DNA from: Longimicrobiales bacterium
Lineage (GTDB): Bacteria; Gemmatimonadota; Gemmatimonadetes; Longimicrobiales; Gaopeijiaceae
Direction of reading: 5' to 3'
Assembly (NCBI GenBank): GCA_963664435.2
Contig: CAXXKM010000003.1
Coordinates: forward strand, 992,001-1,056,000
DNA length: 64,000 nt
Shown here: positions 29,462-39,495 of the stretch, piece after piece
Layout: every line of letters starts with the position of its first letter
Numbering within the stretch: position 1 is the stretch's first letter
Position numbers and translations under genes: made by a program
Notes under the pieces: model-generated
Told to the model about the DNA's origin: nothing
Databases searched by the model: none
The model's input: the letters and a program-made list of their open reading frames with translations, nothing else

Positions 29462-32140
29462 ATGAAGAGGAATTACATCGGGCATATGCTCGGGATGATG
29501 CTGGCGCTGGCGGGCCCGGGCGCCGGGATCCAGGCGCAGGAACAGGGGTCGGACGCATCACCGGGGGGCGCGCTGGTCGTACCCGGATGCTGTAGCGACG
29601 AGGACGTGCCAATTCTCCCGGCGACGCGCGTCGCCGATGCGGACATTTCGGTCGACGGCCTGATGGGGGAGGCTGCCTGGGGGGCGGCCGCCGTGGCCAC
29701 CAGATTCACCCAGTTCCAGCCCGACGAGGGCCAGCCCGCGAACCAGCGAACCGAGGCTCGCGTCCTTTACGGCGCCACAGCCCTGTTCGTGTTCATGCGG
29801 GCACATGACACCAGCCCGGACGAGATCGCGAGCCAGCTGACGCGCCGCGACCAGCAGTCGTATTCGGATCTGCTGGGCGTGGTCATCGACTCCTACTTCG
29901 ACCGGCGCACGGCCTTCCAGTTCACCGTCAACCCCGACGGCGTGAAACAGGACGTCTACCGGTTCGAGGACACCGGGGAGGACACGGGATGGGACGCGGT
30001 CTGGGACGTCGCGACCGCGCGCGATGAAGCGGGATGGAGCGCCGAGTTCCGCATCCCCTACTCCCAGCTGCGCTTCCGGGATCAGGAGGAGCAGACCTGG
30101 GGCATCAACTTCGTGCGGCATCTCGCGCGCCGGGAGGAACTCTCGGCGTGGGCGCCCACGACCCGCGCCGACGGCGGCATCGTGTCGCGCTTCGGGGAGC
30201 TGCGCGGGCTGCGGGACCTCGATCCGCCGCGGCGGCTGGAAGTCCTGCCGTATTCGCTGGCCAGCCTCAGGCGCGCTCCCGGGGACGAGGCCAATCCCTT
30301 CTATCGTGCGAACGACCGGCTGGCGTCGGTCGGGGCCGACATCAAGTACGGGGTGACCTCCGACATCACTCTGGACGTGACCATCAACCCCGACTTCGGG
30401 CAGGTCGAGGCGGACCCCGCCCAGGTGAACCTCACGGCGTTCGAGACCTTCCTCCCGGAACGCAGGCCGTTCTTCCTTGAAGGCGCGGGCATCTTCAACT
30501 TCGGCATCGCCCTGGGAGACGGGGATGGCGCCAACGAATCGCTGTTCTATTCGCGCAGGATCGGGCGCGCGCCCCAGGGATGGGCGGATCCGCAGGGGGG
30601 GTTCGCGGATGCGGACGACCAGACCACGATCCTGGGCGCCTGGAAGCTCTCCGGCAAAACGGCCGGCGGTTGGTCGATCGGGGCGCTGCACGCGTTGACC
30701 TCCGAAGAGCGTGCTGATGTCGCCCCAGGCACCGGCGACCCGTTCCAGCGGCCGGTCGAGCCGTTCTCCAACCATGGGGTCCTGAGGCTGCAGAAGGACT
30801 TTTCGGAGGGCCGTTCGTCGGTGGGGTTCATCGGCACCACGGTTAATCGGGACAGCGGAGTCGCCGACGACCTGGGGCTGAGGTCCGCGGCCTACACCGG
30901 CGGCGTCGATTTCAGGCACCGCTTCGGGGGTGACGCCTGGCAGCTCGAGGGATACGCCCTCGGCTCCCATGTGCGGGGTTCGCCGGACGCCATCGCCCGG
31001 ACGCAGCGTTCGCCGGCCCGGTACTACCAGCGTCCCGATGCGGGGCATGTGAGCTACGACGCCGAGCGCACCAGCCTGGGAGGAGGCGCGGCCAACTTCG
31101 GGATCATGAAGTTCGCCGGGAGCCCCTGGCGCGTCGGCACCGGATTCCAGACGCGCACGCCCGGCTTCGAGGTCAACGACCTGGGCTACCAGCGCGACGC
31201 CGACTACCTCGTGCACTGGGTCTGGGGCGGGTATCACAACTCCACGCCCCAGGGCCCCTTCCGCAACTGGTTCGTCAACCTCAACGCCTGGAACGTCTGG
31301 AACTACGACCGGGATCGCGCCGGTACCGGAGGCAACGTCAACGTCAACTTCCAGCTCCAGAATTTCTGGCACGGCTACGCGGGGGTAAACCAGGAGCTGG
31401 GGGCCTGGTCCGACGGTCTTCTGCGGGGCGGACCGCTCGTCAGGACCGAAGGGCAGACCAATTTCTGGGCGGGATTCGGCAGCGACGCCCGCAAGCCGGT
31501 CCGGATCAACGTCAACTCATGGGGCAACGTTCGCCCCGAGAGCGATTCGTGGTCCTTTGGCGTTGCGCCCACGCTGCGCGTGCGCCCATCGGGCAGAGCC
31601 ACCTTCAACCTCGGCGTCATGCTCAACCGCAACCTCGACGACCGCCAGTGGGTCCGGCGCATCGACACCGACGCCCCCAACTACCTCTTCGGGCGCATCG
31701 AACAAACCACCGTGGGGCTGACAGCGCGCATGGACTACGCCTTCACGCCCAACCTCTCGTTGCAGGTGTACGCCCAGCCCTTCGTGGGCTCGGGCAGCTA
31801 CGGCGACTTCAAGCGCGTGGCCGACCCGCGCGCGGAGCGCTACGCAGACCGTTTCGAGGCCGTGGAGGTGCTCTCCGAGGACGACCGCTACCTGGCCGAG
31901 CTGGACGGGAGCCCGGTGTCGTTCGGGGATCCGGATTTCAGCTTCAGGCAGTTCCGGTCCAACACGGTCCTCAGGTGGGAGTACTCGCCGGGGTCGGTGC
32001 TCTTCCTCGTCTGGTCCCAGGGCCGCAATCACAGCGCCGACACCGGCCAGTTCGACTTCGACTCGGATCTCGGCGATCTCTTCGGCGTCATGCCGGACAA
32101 CGTCTTCATGGTTAAGCTCAGTTACTGGCTGTCGCGGTAG
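29462..32140 (+). CDS. DUF5916 outer membrane protein with CBM9-like N-terminal domain
   Basis: WSAEFRIPYSQLRF, TINPDFGQVEADP, ERRPFFLEG, LFYSRRIG and terminal KLSYWL. Confidence 0.88.
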   Translation: MKRNYIGHMLGMMLALAGPGAGIQAQEQGSDASPGGALVVPGCCSDEDVPILPATRVADADISVDGLMGEAAWGAAAVATRFTQFQPDEGQPANQRTEARVLYGATALFVFMRAHDTSPDEIASQLTRRDQQSYSDLLGVVIDSYFDRRTAFQFTVNPDGVKQDVYRFEDTGEDTGWDAVWDVATARDEAGWSAEFRIPYSQLRFRDQEEQTWGINFVRHLARREELSAWAPTTRADGGIVSRFGELRGLRDLDPPRRLEVLPYSLASLRRAPGDEANPFYRANDRLASVGADIKYGVTSDITLDVTINPDFGQVEADPAQVNLTAFETFLPERRPFFLEGAGIFNFGIALGDGDGANESLFYSRRIGRAPQGWADPQGGFADADDQTTILGAWKLSGKTAGGWSIGALHALTSEERADVAPGTGDPFQRPVEPFSNHGVLRLQKDFSEGRSSVGFIGTTVNRDSGVADDLGLRSAAYTGGVDFRHRFGGDAWQLEGYALGSHVRGSPDAIARTQRSPARYYQRPDAGHVSYDAERTSLGGGAANFGIMKFAGSPWRVGTGFQTRTPGFEVNDLGYQRDADYLVHWVWGGYHNSTPQGPFRNWFVNLNAWNVWNYDRDRAGTGGNVNVNFQLQNFWHGYAGVNQELGAWSDGLLRGGPLVRTEGQTNFWAGFGSDARKPVRINVNSWGNVRPESDSWSFGVAPTLRVRPSGRATFNLGVMLNRNLDDRQWVRRIDTDAPNYLFGRIEQTTVGLTARMDYAFTPNLSLQVYAQPFVGSGSYGDFKRVADPRAERYADRFEAVEVLSEDDRYLAELDGSPVSFGDPDFSFRQFRSNTVLRWEYSPGSVLFLVWSQGRNHSADTGQFDFDSDLGDLFGVMPDNVFMVKLSYWLSR

Positions 32141-32247
32141 CGGAGGCCGGCCGCGATGGAGGTGGACTCGCGCCCGCGGTACCGAACAACCCTGTAGCGA
32201 GGCCCGCGTCGGGCCTGCATGAGGAACCTGACCAGGATCCGGCGGGC

Positions 32248-32910
32248 ATGTTCTCAAGAAAGACCGCGGCGGAACGGTTCGCCGACCGGCGGGCCAGGAT
32301 GGTCGCCAGGCAATTGCGGCGCAGGAACATCCGGGACGAGGAGGTGCTCGCGGCCATGGGCGAGGTTCGGCGCGAGCACTTCCTTCCCCAGGGGCAGCGC
32401 GTGATGGCCTACCAGGACCGCGCGCTCCCGCTGACGGACGGGCAGACGATGTCCCAGCCCTACATGGTCGCCGCGATGACCGAGGCGCTGGAGCTGTCGC
32501 CCGGCCAGCGCGTGCTCGAAGTAGGCACCGGCAGCGGCTACCAGACCGCGATTCTCGCGCGCCTCGCCGATGAGGTCTTCACCATCGAGCGGCTGCCCGG
32601 GATGGCCGCCGCCGCGCGCGCGCTGCTGCGGGACGCCGAATGCGACAACGTGCGCGTGCGCGTCGGTGACGGCACCCTGGGCTGGCCGGAAAAAGCACCC
32701 TTCGACGCGATCCTGGTCACGGCCGCGGCGCCGGCCACCCCGCCGACGCTGAAAGAACAGCTCCACCCCGACGGCGGGCGCATGGTCATTCCGGTCGGGT
32801 CGCGTCGGATTCAGCAGCTGGTGCGCATTCGGCGCACGCACGCCGGGACGACCACCGAGCGGCTCATGGAGTGCGCGTTCGTGCCGCTGATGGGCGCGGA
32901 GGGCTGGTAG
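32248..32910 (+). CDS. pcm: Protein-L-isoaspartate O-methyltransferase
   Basis: QTMSQPYMVA, VLEVGTGSGYQTA, GDGTLGW, APFDAILVTAAA and FVPL. Confidence 0.96.
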   Translation: MFSRKTAAERFADRRARMVARQLRRRNIRDEEVLAAMGEVRREHFLPQGQRVMAYQDRALPLTDGQTMSQPYMVAAMTEALELSPGQRVLEVGTGSGYQTAILARLADEVFTIERLPGMAAAARALLRDAECDNVRVRVGDGTLGWPEKAPFDAILVTAAAPATPPTLKEQLHPDGGRMVIPVGSRRIQQLVRIRRTHAGTTTERLMECAFVPLMGAEGW

Positions 32911-32976
32911 CGCCGGGGCCTGACGCCCGCGCGGAGTGCGTGGCCGGCGGTGTGGATGCGAACCGGGGCCTGACTG

Positions 32977-33738
32977 CTAGGAACCGGAGGCGCGCAGCCG
33001 CTCCAGGGCCGCCACCTCCGCCCGCGTCAGATCCCGCCACGCCCCGCGGGCGAGACCTTCCAGCCTGATGGGCCCGAAGCGCACGCGCTCGAGCCGCTGC
33101 ACCGGGTGGCCGACCGCCCGGCACATCCGCCGCACCTCCCGCTTGCGTCCTTCGGTCAGGACGAGCTCGAGGACGGAGATGGGCATGCCACGCTCCAGCA
33201 CGCGGGCGCGCCTCGCCCGCGCAAGGCCGTCTCCCAGCTTCACCCCGGACACCATCCGCCTGAGAACATCCCGCGAGGGCGACCCGGCGACCCGCGCCCG
33301 GTATTCGCGCTCGACCCGGTAGCGCGGATGCGCGAGCACGTTTGCCACTCCCCCGTCGTTGGTCAGGAGCAGCAACCCTTCCGCGGCCTGGTCCAGCCGG
33401 CCCACGTGAACGAGCCCCCGCAACGATTCGGGCAGCAGGTCGTAGACGGTGTCGCGGCCCCGGTCGTCGTGCCGGGTCGTGAGAAAACCCGCCGGCTTGT
33501 TCAGCATCACCCAGCGGATCGCGCCCGGCCGCACGCGGACGCCATCGACGCGCACTTCGTCGATTTCCGGGCGCACGCGGGTGCCGAGTTCGGTGGCCGG
33601 CCGCCCGTTCACCCGCACCCGCCCGGACACGATCAGCGTTTCGGCCCGGCGGCGGGATGCGACGCCCGCGCGCGCGATGAATTTCTGAAGTCGCTCGCCT
33701 CGATCCGGCCGGGTGGAGGAACTCGGGACCCCGGTCAC
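32977..33738 (-). CDS. rluB: rRNA pseudouridine synthase (RluB-type, S4 domain)
   Basis: RLQKFIARAGVASRR, HVGRLD and EGRKREVRRM; lies downstream of scpB. Confidence 0.9.
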   Translation of the reverse strand: MTGVPSSSTRPDRGERLQKFIARAGVASRRRAETLIVSGRVRVNGRPATELGTRVRPEIDEVRVDGVRVRPGAIRWVMLNKPAGFLTTRHDDRGRDTVYDLLPESLRGLVHVGRLDQAAEGLLLLTNDGGVANVLAHPRYRVEREYRARVAGSPSRDVLRRMVSGVKLGDGLARARRARVLERGMPISVLELVLTEGRKREVRRMCRAVGHPVQRLERVRFGPIRLEGLARGAWRDLTRAEVAALERLRASGS

Positions 33739-33823
33739 GCTGCGCCGGACCCTCCTCCGGCGGTCATTCCGCGGCCCAGCGTCTGGACTGTCACTCGGCG
33801 CCCCGACATGTCTGGACCGTCAC
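33735..33823 (-). other. Two chained mini-ORFs (33791-33823, 33735-33794) linking the scpB stop to the rluB start
   Basis: Three successive GTGA overlaps; near-identical 16-bp repeat GTCTGGACYGTCACTC at 33781 and 33810. Confidence 0.55.
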
Positions 33824-34407
33824 TCCCCGGCCGTTGGCTCCCCGGCCGGCTCCGACGCCGCCTGCTCGACCTCGAGCGGCCCCGGTTCCCGGAGCACGAC
33901 CGGGAGCTCCGCCGGACGCGGCAGCTCGTCGAGCGCCTGCAGGCCGAAGTGTTCGAGAAAGTGACCGGTAGTCCCGTAGAGGAGGGGTCTCCCGATCCCT
34001 TCGCCGCGGCCCGTGACCTCGATCAGGTCGCGGTCGAGAAGCGTACGGATCACGCCGGCGCAGTTCACCCCCCTGATGTACTCCATCTCGATGCGTCCGA
34101 CGGGCTGACGATAGGCGACGATGGCCAGCGTCTCCAGCGCCGGCCTCGAGAGGCGCGCCGGCCGGGGAACCGTGTCGAATCGCTCCAGGTAGGGAGCGAA
34201 CTCCGGCCGGGTCAGCAGCTGATGCCCGCCGGCGATCTCCATCAGCTGAAAGGAGCGTTCGCCATCGTCATACTCGCGCCGGAGCGCCGCGATGGCCTCG
34301 GCGACCACGTCTTCGTCGAGGCTCTCGTCGGCACGCGCGATCTCTTCCGCGGTCAGCGGGGCATCGCTGGAGAAGAGAATCGCCTCGACCACCTGTGCCG
34401 GATTCAC
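33820..34407 (-). CDS. scpB: SMC-Scp complex subunit ScpB
   Basis: VEAILF, LSRPALETLAIVAYRQP, GRPLLYGTT and FGLQALDELP. Confidence 0.96.
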   Translation of the reverse strand: MNPAQVVEAILFSSDAPLTAEEIARADESLDEDVVAEAIAALRREYDDGERSFQLMEIAGGHQLLTRPEFAPYLERFDTVPRPARLSRPALETLAIVAYRQPVGRIEMEYIRGVNCAGVIRTLLDRDLIEVTGRGEGIGRPLLYGTTGHFLEHFGLQALDELPRPAELPVVLREPGPLEVEQAASEPAGEPTAGE

Positions 34408-35186
34408 GCGGCCTCCTCGCCGGCGTTCTCGGCTTCCGCCGCCGGGGAAGCCCGCCTGTAGAGCCAGAGCTCATCGAAGGGACGGGTCTGGCGCAGGCGG
34501 ATCTGACGGCGGCGGGCGAGCTCCAGCCCGGCCAGCAGCGTCATCACCCCGTGCATGCGCGCGCGCCAGGCACCAACGAGGCGGGAGAACTCGATGCGCC
34601 CGACGCCGCGCAGCCGTTCCCGGATCAGCGCGATCTTCTCCTCCATTGAGACCGGGCGGGTCCCTATCCTGGGGGGCGCCTGCGGACGCGGCAGCTCGAC
34701 CGCGAGCGCGGCCTTCCAGACTTCCTCCCAGGTCGTGTCCAGCGGCGTGTCACGCGGCTCGGGGCGCGGGCGCGGCGGTACGTAGCCCTTCGCCCAGCGG
34801 CGCATCCTGCGCGCCTCCATGACCTCCAGCCGGGACGATATCTCGCGCACCTGCTCGTACTCCAGAAGGCGCCGCACCAGCTCCGCGCGCGGATCCTCGT
34901 CCTCCTCCTCCCTGCGGTGCGGAAGCAGCATGCGCGCCTTGATGCCGATCAGGATGGCGGCCATCTCGACGAACTCTCCGGCACCCTCCAGTTCTTCCGC
35001 CCCGATCCCGCCCACGACATTCAGGAACTGTTCGGTGATGGTGGCGATGGGAATGTCGAAGATGTCGATGTCCTGCTGCCGGATGAGGTGCAGCAGCAGG
35101 TCCAGCGGCCCCTGAAAGCGCTCCAGCGCGACCACGAACAGCTCGCGGCTCTCCCCGGCGCCGGCGTCGAACGGCGTCAGAGCCAC
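34404..35186 (-). CDS. scpA: Segregation/condensation protein A
   Basis: FQGPLDLLLHLIR, IFDIPIATIT, KARMLLP, DPRAELVRRLLEY and LLAGLEL; start approximate (GTG 35186). Confidence 0.94.
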   Translation of the reverse strand: MALTPFDAGAGESRELFVVALERFQGPLDLLLHLIRQQDIDIFDIPIATITEQFLNVVGGIGAEELEGAGEFVEMAAILIGIKARMLLPHRREEEDEDPRAELVRRLLEYEQVREISSRLEVMEARRMRRWAKGYVPPRPRPEPRDTPLDTTWEEVWKAALAVELPRPQAPPRIGTRPVSMEEKIALIRERLRGVGRIEFSRLVGAWRARMHGVMTLLAGLELARRRQIRLRQTRPFDELWLYRRASPAAEAENAGEEAA

Positions 35187-35836
35187 AGGTCGATGAAGTT
35201 CTGGGCCGCTCCCATGAAGAAGCGGACCGGTGCGAGGACGATGGCGAAGAACGGACCCGGGAACAGGAAGAACACGGCGATGAGGATGAGCATGCCGAAG
35301 CGTCCCAAGCGCCGATAGGCCACCCCCAGGCGCGGGGGCAACAGGTGGTAGAGGACGTGCGATCCGTCGAGGGGCGGGATGGGCACCAGGTTGAAGAAGG
35401 CGAGCACCAGGTTGATCAGGATGCCCAGTTCCGCCATGCGCACCGCCACGTCCATGGGCCCGGCCAGCGTGCCGCCGCTCAACTGAGCGGTCTTGACCAG
35501 CAGGGCGGTGAGCAGCGTGAACCCGATCGCCAGGATCAGGTTCGCCGCGATGCCGGCGAGGGACACGCGGATGTCGCCGCGCCTGTAGTTGTGATACTTG
35601 CGGGGGTTGACGGGCACCGGCCTGGCCCAGCCGAAGAGGAACCCGGCGTTCATGAAGTAGAGGCCGAGCGGAACCAGGATCGATCCGATGAGATCGATGT
35701 GCGGCAGCGGGTTGAGCGTGATGCGCCCGAGCCGGTAGGCGGTGTCGTCGCCCTCGCGCAGCGCGACCCAGGCGTGCGCGACCTCGTGGACGATGATGGA
35801 GAGGAGGAGGACCGGAATGAGCAGGAGAATGTCCAT
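35177..35836 (-). CDS. Site-2 protease (M50)
   Basis: HEVAH, GRITLNPLPH and FNLVPIPPLDGS. Confidence 0.94.
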   Translation of the reverse strand: MDILLLIPVLLLSIIVHEVAHAWVALREGDDTAYRLGRITLNPLPHIDLIGSILVPLGLYFMNAGFLFGWARPVPVNPRKYHNYRRGDIRVSLAGIAANLILAIGFTLLTALLVKTAQLSGGTLAGPMDVAVRMAELGILINLVLAFFNLVPIPPLDGSHVLYHLLPPRLGVAYRRLGRFGMLILIAVFFLFPGPFFAIVLAPVRFFMGAAQNFIDLWL

Positions 35837-36004
35837 GGCACCCGGAAGCTACCCGCGGCTGCACCCGACCGCTACCCGGCGGGCTCGCGTCGGAGGCCGG
35901 CGAGGCGAACGGCGCGGGGTTCGCCGGTTCCGGTTGATTCCCGCAGTGGAATTGGGTATCCTCCGCAGCTTGCTGAAGAAGGACCGCACGATCCGAGGAA
36001 CAGG

Positions 36005-36259
36005 ATGCCGAACGTCAAGAGCGCGACAAAGCGCATGAACAAGAGCCGGGAGCAGAACGCCCGCAACCGCGCGAAGCGTTCCCGGCTGCGCACGGCGCTC
36101 AAGCGGGTGCGCGAAGCCGGTGACGCCGAGACCGCACAGGCGCGTTTTCGCGAGGCGCAGGTCCTGCTGGATCGCGCCGCCACGTCCCGTCTGCTGCACC
36201 CGAACACCGCCGCCCGCCTGAAGAGCGCGCTGGCGCGCCGGGTCAACTCCCTGGGGTAG
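36005..36259 (+). CDS. rpsT: 30S ribosomal protein S20
   Basis: MPNVKSATKR...NRAKRSRLRTALK...LHPNTAARLKS; 84 aa, basic. Confidence 0.95.
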   Translation: MPNVKSATKRMNKSREQNARNRAKRSRLRTALKRVREAGDAETAQARFREAQVLLDRAATSRLLHPNTAARLKSALARRVNSLG

Positions 36260-36293
36260 GATGAACTCGCCGGGGTAGGATGAACTCGCCGGG
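36253..36293 (+). repeat. 19-bp tandem duplication over the rpsT stop
   Basis: GGGGTAGGATGAACTCGCC at 36253-36271 and 36272-36290; creates two MNSPG mini-ORFs. Confidence 0.9.
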
Positions 36294-36469
36294 CTGAACG
36301 CCCGGTGCCGCGGGAGCACAGGCCGACCTTCCCCCGGGGTTCCACCTCCCCGGCTTCCTTGCCCCGCCGTCGGCGCCGACCCAAGCTTGTCGGTGCGTTC
36401 GCTACCGGCGATCGGGGCCGTGCCTCACCCTCGGCCACCGGCGCCGCCGACCCGACCCCGGAGGGCGCC

Positions 36470-38194
36470 ATGACCAACTCGCCTGCTCCGTGCGACTGCG
36501 CCGCGCCCGACTTCCCCCCCGGCGCCCGCTACCTCGCCTCTGCCGTCATCCCCATCGTCTGCTCCCTTTTCTTCGCGGCCCCCGCCGCCGCGCAGCAGGA
36601 GTGGCGGCACCACGGAGGCAACCCCGCCGAGACCCGCTACAGCCCCCTCGACCAGATCGATGCCGGCAACGTTGCCGGGCTGGCGGTCGCGTGGAGCTGG
36701 GAGATTCCGAAGACGGGGGCGCGGATCGAAGCAACACCGCTGATCGCCGACGGCGTCCTCTACGGGACGGGGCCGTTCAGCATCGTCTTTGCCCTCGATG
36801 CCGCGACGGGCGCGGAGTTGTGGCGCTGGGACCCCGCCATTCCGACCGAGGACCGGGGCGGGCCGCGGACCTGCTGCGGCGACGTGAACCGGGGCGCGGC
36901 GCTCCACGGCGACAAGGTCATCGTGGGCCTGCTGGACGGGCGGCTGGTCGCGCTCAACCGGACGGACGGGTCGCCGGCGTGGTCGACGCAGACCACCCCT
37001 CCCGGGTCGGACTATACAGTGACGGGCGCGCCGCGGGTGGTCGGCAACACGGTGGTCATCGGCAACGCCGGCGCCGAGTACGGGGTGCGCGGCTACGTCA
37101 CCGCCTACGATGCCGACACGGGGGAGCAGCTTTGGCGCACCTACACCGTCCCCGGCAACCCGGCGGACGGGTTCGAGAGCGACGCCATGCGCGCCGCGGC
37201 CGAGACCTGGACCGGCGAGTGGTGGGTCGTCGGCGGAGGCGGCACGGTATGGGACGGGATGGCCGCCGACCCGGAGGCCGGGCTCCTGTACATCGGCACG
37301 GGCAACGGGTCGCCCTGGAGCCGCGACAACCGCAGCCCCGGCGGCGGCGACAACCTCTACCTCTCCTCGATTCTCGCCCTCGACCCCGCGGACGGCGCTC
37401 TCCGCTGGCACTATCAGACAACCCCCGGCGACGACTGGGACTACACCGCCACCCAGCCGCTCATGCTGCTGGATCTCACCATCGACGGCCGCGAGCGCGA
37501 GGTCATCGTCCAGGCGCCCAAGAACGGGTTCTTCTACGTCATCGACCGGCATACCGGCGAACTCATCTCCGCCGAAGCCTTCGCCGACGACCTCACCTGG
37601 GCCACCCATGTCGATCCGGAAACCGGCCGCCCGGTCGAGACCCCGGACGCGCGCTACGGGACGACCGGCCCGGTCTGGCTGTCGCCCAGCCCCGGGGGCG
37701 CGCACAACTGGAACCCGATGTCGTGGAATCCCGAAACCGGCCTCGTGTATCTCCCCGCCCGGAACGCCGTCTCCTTCTTCGAGAGGGAGGAGGGCTTCGC
37801 GTATACCGCGGGCGTCTGGAACACCGGCACGGTGCGTGGCGCCGACGCCGGCCCCCGCCCCGAGCGGCCGCCGCTGAAGGGCCCTTCGAACCTGCTCCTG
37901 GCCTGGGATCCCGCCGAGAACCGGGAGGTCTGGCGCGTGCCGGCGGAGGGCCGCCACGGCGGGACGGTGTCCAGCGCCGGCGGTCTGGTCTTCTGGGGCA
38001 CCGGCTCGCGGCTGGTCGCGCTCGACGCGCGGACCGGGCGGGAGCTCTGGGAGGCCGAGCTGGACGGCAGCCCCGGCTCCCCGGTCACCTATTCCGCGGG
38101 CGGACGCCAGTACGTGGCGGTCGGCTCCGGGATGTCAAGCGGGAGGAGCCTCCCGCGGATGTGGGCGTTCGCGCTGGAGGAAGGGAGGCGGTAG
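36470..38194 (+). CDS. PQQ-dependent alcohol dehydrogenase (type II-like, no fused cytochrome)
   Basis: CCGDVNRG, NAGAEYGVRG, GNGSPW, WDYTATQ, QAPKNGFFY and GAHNW; no CxxCH. Confidence 0.9.
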   Translation: MTNSPAPCDCAAPDFPPGARYLASAVIPIVCSLFFAAPAAAQQEWRHHGGNPAETRYSPLDQIDAGNVAGLAVAWSWEIPKTGARIEATPLIADGVLYGTGPFSIVFALDAATGAELWRWDPAIPTEDRGGPRTCCGDVNRGAALHGDKVIVGLLDGRLVALNRTDGSPAWSTQTTPPGSDYTVTGAPRVVGNTVVIGNAGAEYGVRGYVTAYDADTGEQLWRTYTVPGNPADGFESDAMRAAAETWTGEWWVVGGGGTVWDGMAADPEAGLLYIGTGNGSPWSRDNRSPGGGDNLYLSSILALDPADGALRWHYQTTPGDDWDYTATQPLMLLDLTIDGREREVIVQAPKNGFFYVIDRHTGELISAEAFADDLTWATHVDPETGRPVETPDARYGTTGPVWLSPSPGGAHNWNPMSWNPETGLVYLPARNAVSFFEREEGFAYTAGVWNTGTVRGADAGPRPERPPLKGPSNLLLAWDPAENREVWRVPAEGRHGGTVSSAGGLVFWGTGSRLVALDARTGRELWEAELDGSPGSPVTYSAGGRQYVAVGSGMSSGRSLPRMWAFALEEGRR

Positions 38195-38196
38195 GC

Positions 38197-39495
38197 CTAC
38201 CCGCTACCCCCCTCCCTCCACACGATCTCCCCGCCGACGATCGTCATCACCGCCTTCCCGGTCAGCTCCAAACCGGCAAACGGGGTGTTGCGGCTCTTTG
38301 AGAGGAAGCGCGACGGGTCCACGGCCCATGCGCGGGCCGGGTCGATGAGGGTCACGTCGGCCACGCTCCCCGGCGCCAGGGTTCCGCCCGGCAGATTGAA
38401 GGCGCGTGCGGGGGCCGGGCTCATGCGTTCGATCGCGGTGGGCAGGTCGATGACGCCCTCACCGACGATATGGGTGAGCACGAGCCCCACCGCAGTCTCC
38501 AGCCCGACGATGCCGAAGGGCGCGTCGTCGAAGGCGGACTCCTTCTCGTCGTAGTGGTGGGGGGCGTGGTCGGTCGCGATCACGTCCAGGGTACCGTCGG
38601 CGAGGCCCGCACGCACGGCCGCCACGTCCGCGCCGGTGCGCAACGGCGGGTTCATCTTCGCGTCGGTGCGATACCCCTCGACCGCCGCCTCGGTGAGAAT
38701 GAGGTGGTGCGGTGAAGCCTCCGCGGTCGCGCGCACCCCGCGCGCCTTCGCCTGCCGGATCGCTTCCACTCCCCAGGCGGTGGAGACGTGCTGGAGGTGG
38801 ATGCGGCCGCCCGTCAGCTCGGCCAGCAGCAGGTCGCGCACGATGTGGATGTCCTCCGACGCGTTGGGCTTGCCCACCAGGCCGAGGCGCGCGGACACGA
38901 GACCCTCGTTCATGCTGCCCTCGCGCGAGAGCCCCAGATCCTCGGGGTGGTCTGCGACCGGAATGCCGAACGGGAGGGCGTACTCGAGCGCCAGCCGCAT
39001 CAGCCCGGAGTCCATGACCGGATGGCCGTCGTCGGTGATGCCGACCGCGCCCGCCGCCACCATCTCCCCGATCTCCGCCAACCTCCTCCCCTCCAGGCCG
39101 GCGGAGATGGCACCCACCGGGTAGACGCGCGCGCCTCCCGCCCGCCTCCCTTCCGCCACCACGAAGCCCACCGAGGCGGGGTCGTCGATGGGCGGGCTGG
39201 TGTTGGGCATGGCGCATACGGAGGTGAAGCCGCCCGCGGCCGCGGCGCGCGCGCCGGTGGCGATGGTCTCCTTGTGCTCCCCGCCCGGTTCGCGCAGGTG
39301 CACGTGCACGTCGATGAGCCCGGGCGCCACCACCATCCCGCGCGCGTCCAGGACCTCCGCGTCGGCGGGGCCCTCCACCTCGCCACAGCATTCGGCCACC
39401 CGCCCGTCGAGCAGGAGCAGGTCGGCGGTGGCGTCCAGACCGGCGGCCGGGTCGATGATCCTCCCTCCGCGAATCCACAGCGGGCGCGGGCTCAT
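38197..39495 (-). CDS. pyrC: Dihydroorotase
   Basis: [29 protein letters not shown] and SRNTPF. Confidence 0.96.
   Translation of the reverse strand: MSPRPLWIRGGRIIDPAAGLDATADLLLLDGRVAECCGEVEGPADAEVLDARGMVVAPGLIDVHVHLREPGGEHKETIATGARAAAAGGFTSVCAMPNTSPPIDDPASVGFVVAEGRRAGGARVYPVGAISAGLEGRRLAEIGEMVAAGAVGITDDGHPVMDSGLMRLALEYALPFGIPVADHPEDLGLSREGSMNEGLVSARLGLVGKPNASEDIHIVRDLLLAELTGGRIHLQHVSTAWGVEAIRQAKARGVRATAEASPHHLILTEAAVEGYRTDAKMNPPLRTGADVAAVRAGLADGTLDVIATDHAPHHYDEKESAFDDAPFGIVGLETAVGLVLTHIVGEGVIDLPTAIERMSPAPARAFNLPGGTLAPGSVADVTLIDPARAWAVDPSRFLSKSRNTPFAGLELTGKAVMTIVGGEIVWREGGSG

Noticed and set aside
38190..38201. Palindrome GGTAGGCCTACC
   Set aside because: Explained by two convergent TAG stops 2 bp apart.
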